From positions 3,266 through 67,265 of the forward strand of contig JAQXGQ010000122.1 of assembly GCA_029006795.1 (NCBI GenBank): a stretch of DNA of 64,000 nt, in the 5' to 3' direction. The stretch is from Clostridiales bacterium. Lineage in GTDB: Bacteria > Bacillota > Clostridia > Lachnospirales > Lachnospiraceae. Both the position numbers and the translations under genes were made by a program. Shown here piece after piece: positions 61,241 through 64,000 of the stretch. A model generated the notes under the pieces. It was given only the letters and a program-made list of their open reading frames with translations. It had not been told where the DNA came from and ran no database searches. The first letter of the stretch is position 1. Each line of letters starts with the position of its first letter.

Positions 61241-63622
61241 TCACAAAAATTTGTCTAACGTTTCATAGAGAAGCTGGGGATCAATGGGCTTTGCTAAATG
61301 GGCCACCATTCCTGCCTTTCTGGTCTGTTTTCTATCATCCTCATAAGCATTGGCTGTCATGGCAATCACGGGCACAAATTTTGCATCCATCCGATTTAAT
61401 GCGCGGATTTTCTTCGTTGCTTCCATCCCATCCATCACCGGCATACGAATATCCATGAGAATGGCATCGAAATAATTTGGTTCACTTTCCTCAAAGCATG
61501 TCACTGCCTCTTTTCCGTTTTGCGCATGCACTACTTTCATGCCACGCTTTTCTAATAATCTGGTAGCTACCATCGTATTTAACGGATGGTCTTCCACTAA
61601 AAGAACCCTCTTTCCTGCAAAATTCACTTCCTTTTTTCTGGCACTTCTCCTGTCTTTCGGCTGGCTTCTCTGGTCAGTATCTAACACCACTTCCACCGTA
61701 AAAGTGGTTCCTTCCCCCTCCTTACTCTGAACCGTAATATCACCGTTCATCATTCTCGCGTAGTTTCTGGCAATGGAAAGTCCTAAGCCGCTGCCTCCGT
61801 ACGCCATCGTATTTCCCTCATGCTGCTGTGTAAATGCTTCAAAGACATTTGGCAGAAACTCTTTGGAAATTCCGATACCGGTATCTGAAACAGAAACCGT
61901 CAGTTTCAACTGTTTCTCTATCTCTTCCTCTAATACTCTTACATTCACGTTGCCGCCGTTTGAAGTAAATTTGATGGCATTATTAATGAGATTTATCATA
62001 ATCTGCTCTAAGCGTGTGGCATCTCCGATATAAGTCCTTGCCTCATCATTTACCCGTTCAAACTGATAATTGACAGCCGCCGGTATTGCCTGTGCTTTGG
62101 CAATCATATTGACATTATCCCAGAATTTTTTGGAATCAAAAAGCTGATGCATCAGCACCACATTTCCGCTCTCAATACGCGACATGTCTAAAATGTCATT
62201 CAACAGTGCCAACAGATACTTTGATGCTGAATCAAGTTTTTCCGTACAGTCTAACACCTGGGCACGATTATCTATCTCCTCCCGGATAATGGAGTTTAAC
62301 CCGATGATGGCATTCATCGGAGTACGAATTTCATGGCTCATATTGGCTAAGAAACTGGTTTTTGCCTGATTGGCAATCTCTGCCATCTCAAGTGCCTCCG
62401 ATAACTGCCGCTGCTTTTCTTTCCCTTCCTTTACCACATCCTCAATGTCAGAAAGCGTGATTAAAATCGTTTCTATCTGCTCATTTAAGTACATACAACG
62501 TATCTGCTTCAGCCGCCAGTTTCCATTTCTAGAAACTAAGGATATCTCTATCTCATAGGCGTTTTCCTTCAAAAGATGTTCCTTAATACTTGTTAAGGAA
62601 AGTTCTTTCCTAATTCGATCTTTATCCTCTGCTGTGCCGGCACGTTCTATCAGACACTGCAATTCTTCCTCATATTTTCCCTGGGATATCTGGTTATCTA
62701 AGGCATACTGACCAATTACTACTGCATCAAATTGTCCCGTACCACCGTCGACCGTATAAATTTCATCGTATTCAAAAGCCATCACCCGCTCTAAAATATG
62801 CTTTAACTTACTTTCCGTTGTAACGTCATGGTTGTACAGGAATGCCACAATCTCTCCTGTACCCGGTCGTTTTAACAGATTCACTTCTACCTTTACCCAT
62901 AAATGACGCCCCTCATAGGTTTCTGCAATATACTCTTCCGAAAAACTGTTAATACCTTCCCGGAACAACCGCAGTAATCCCCCCGGAGAAAGCCGCTGTT
63001 TCTGCTCCTCTGTCAGCCATATTCTTCTTGCATACGCCTGCATTCGCTCTTCAAAATCTAAGATGTGACGATACTGTTTTTCAAACCCTTCCTTTGCCCC
63101 GACTCTCATCTCCTCCACAATCCAGTAGGTGAGGTTCAGACGGCTCATGGTAAGAATGTTTTCCGACACATTCTTCTCACGATAGATCATTTCATCCTGA
63201 TATTTTTTCCTTATCTCTTCTTTTGTCTGTTTTAATTGTTCCGAGACTTTTTTCTTCTCCGTCACATCCGTGTAATAAATGGCACAAGCCTCCTGCCCGC
63301 TCCAGTTTATCTCTCTTCCCTTAACAGAGTAATATTTTTTATGGTAATAAACTTCTCTCTCCCATTTTCTCTTTGTCTTAGGCAGTATAGCCGGACAATC
63401 TTCACAACTATCCTGTCTATGATACAAAGCCTGATAACAGCACTTTCCGGAAAGTTTTCCCTCTATCTGAAATATTTCCTTTGCTTTGCGATTTACATAC
63501 AATACCTCATGGGTATTCATGTCCTTTACATATACTGCTGTCTCACTTCTGTCAAGCAGCTCCCTGTAAAGTTCCGATATATCTGCTGCCTGCCCATCAT
63601 TTCTTGCTTTTGCATCTTCCAT
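61241..63622 (-). CDS. cytoplasmic hybrid histidine kinase (PAS-like, HisKA, HATPase, receiver)
   Basis: FLANMSHEIRTPMN, NAIKFT, DTGIG, GSGLGL, LMDIRMP; no TM. Confidence 0.95.
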   Translation of the reverse strand: MEDAKARNDGQAADISELYRELLDRSETAVYVKDMNTHEVLYVNRKAKEIFQIEGKLSGKCCYQALYHRQDSCEDCPAILPKTKRKWEREVYYHKKYYSVKGREINWSGQEACAIYYTDVTEKKKVSEQLKQTKEEIRKKYQDEMIYREKNVSENILTMSRLNLTYWIVEEMRVGAKEGFEKQYRHILDFEERMQAYARRIWLTEEQKQRLSPGGLLRLFREGINSFSEEYIAETYEGRHLWVKVEVNLLKRPGTGEIVAFLYNHDVTTESKLKHILERVMAFEYDEIYTVDGGTGQFDAVVIGQYALDNQISQGKYEEELQCLIERAGTAEDKDRIRKELSLTSIKEHLLKENAYEIEISLVSRNGNWRLKQIRCMYLNEQIETILITLSDIEDVVKEGKEKQRQLSEALEMAEIANQAKTSFLANMSHEIRTPMNAIIGLNSIIREEIDNRAQVLDCTEKLDSASKYLLALLNDILDMSRIESGNVVLMHQLFDSKKFWDNVNMIAKAQAIPAAVNYQFERVNDEARTYIGDATRLEQIMINLINNAIKFTSNGGNVNVRVLEEEIEKQLKLTVSVSDTGIGISKEFLPNVFEAFTQQHEGNTMAYGGSGLGLSIARNYARMMNGDITVQSKEGEGTTFTVEVVLDTDQRSQPKDRRSARKKEVNFAGKRVLLVEDHPLNTMVATRLLEKRGMKVVHAQNGKEAVTCFEESEPNYFDAILMDIRMPVMDGMEATKKIRALNRMDAKFVPVIAMTANAYEDDRKQTRKAGMVAHLAKPIDPQLLYETLDKFL

Positions 63623-63626
63623 CTTT

Positions 63627-64000
63627 TCATTCCGCTTCCTTAATTCCCTTTGTTTTTAAGAAATCTACCCAGATGTCATACTTCGAACCGTATAGATGTA
63701 GATTATCAAAAGTCAGGCTTTCTTTCAAGCCACCATTTTCATCACAAACCACTTCATTGACATCAATAAAAAAAACTCTCTCACCGTCTGCCAATTTCTG
63801 AATTTCTTCATTTCTCGCCTGAATCCCTGTATTATTAAAAATGGCATCCGAATCCGATTTTTCCTTCGTCACTTTCATAATTGCCTGAACATACACAATC
63901 GCTTCCGGCTGTAACTGTTTCATCATTTCTACCGACTGGGCATACTTTTCCATAAATCCCTCTAAGGTTCCTCTGCCCATCTCATTGATACCAATCTGAA
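63627..64000 (-). CDS. SGNH/GDSL hydrolase C-terminal part (5'-truncated)
   Basis: IGINEMG block III and D.LHL block V; frame open to the window end. Confidence 0.85.
   Translation of the reverse strand, partial: QIGINEMGRGTLEGFMEKYAQSVEMMKQLQPEAIVYVQAIMKVTKEKSDSDAIFNNTGIQARNEEIQKLADGERVFFIDVNEVVCDENGGLKESLTFDNLHLYGSKYDIWVDFLKTKGIKEAE

Overview
A 64-kb stretch of core chromosome from a motile, spore-forming Clostridia-class bacterium, most likely Lachnospiraceae. This is inferred from gene order, sigH, cheV/MCPs and sigma-G/sigma-D-like promoters. Most genes are on the minus strand. It contains housekeeping loci (eno-secG-rnr-smpB-ssrA; ispF/T-box-cysE-cysS-mrnC-rlmB-sigH; hisH-hisF-ung; mnmA-metH; thiC with a TPP riboswitch; asnA; lysA; azlCD), four tRNAs, tmRNA, two OmpR-family two-component pairs plus a hybrid kinase, chemotaxis and cell-envelope genes, and several small regulators with visible operators. 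No integrase, transposase, prophage or CRISPR array was seen. The most interesting signals are non-coding. (1) Two orphan promoter units look like anti-Shine-Dalgarno/anti-AUG small RNAs and share upstream motifs; one of them is complementary to the translation start of the divergent sigma-D-driven FliD-like gene. (2) A consensus sigma-G promoter lies in front of an enolase that carries an unusual insertion. (3) Three small genes fall below the ORF-track cutoff. (4) There are several structured palindromic intergenic elements. All family assignments come from motif recognition by eye, not database searches.
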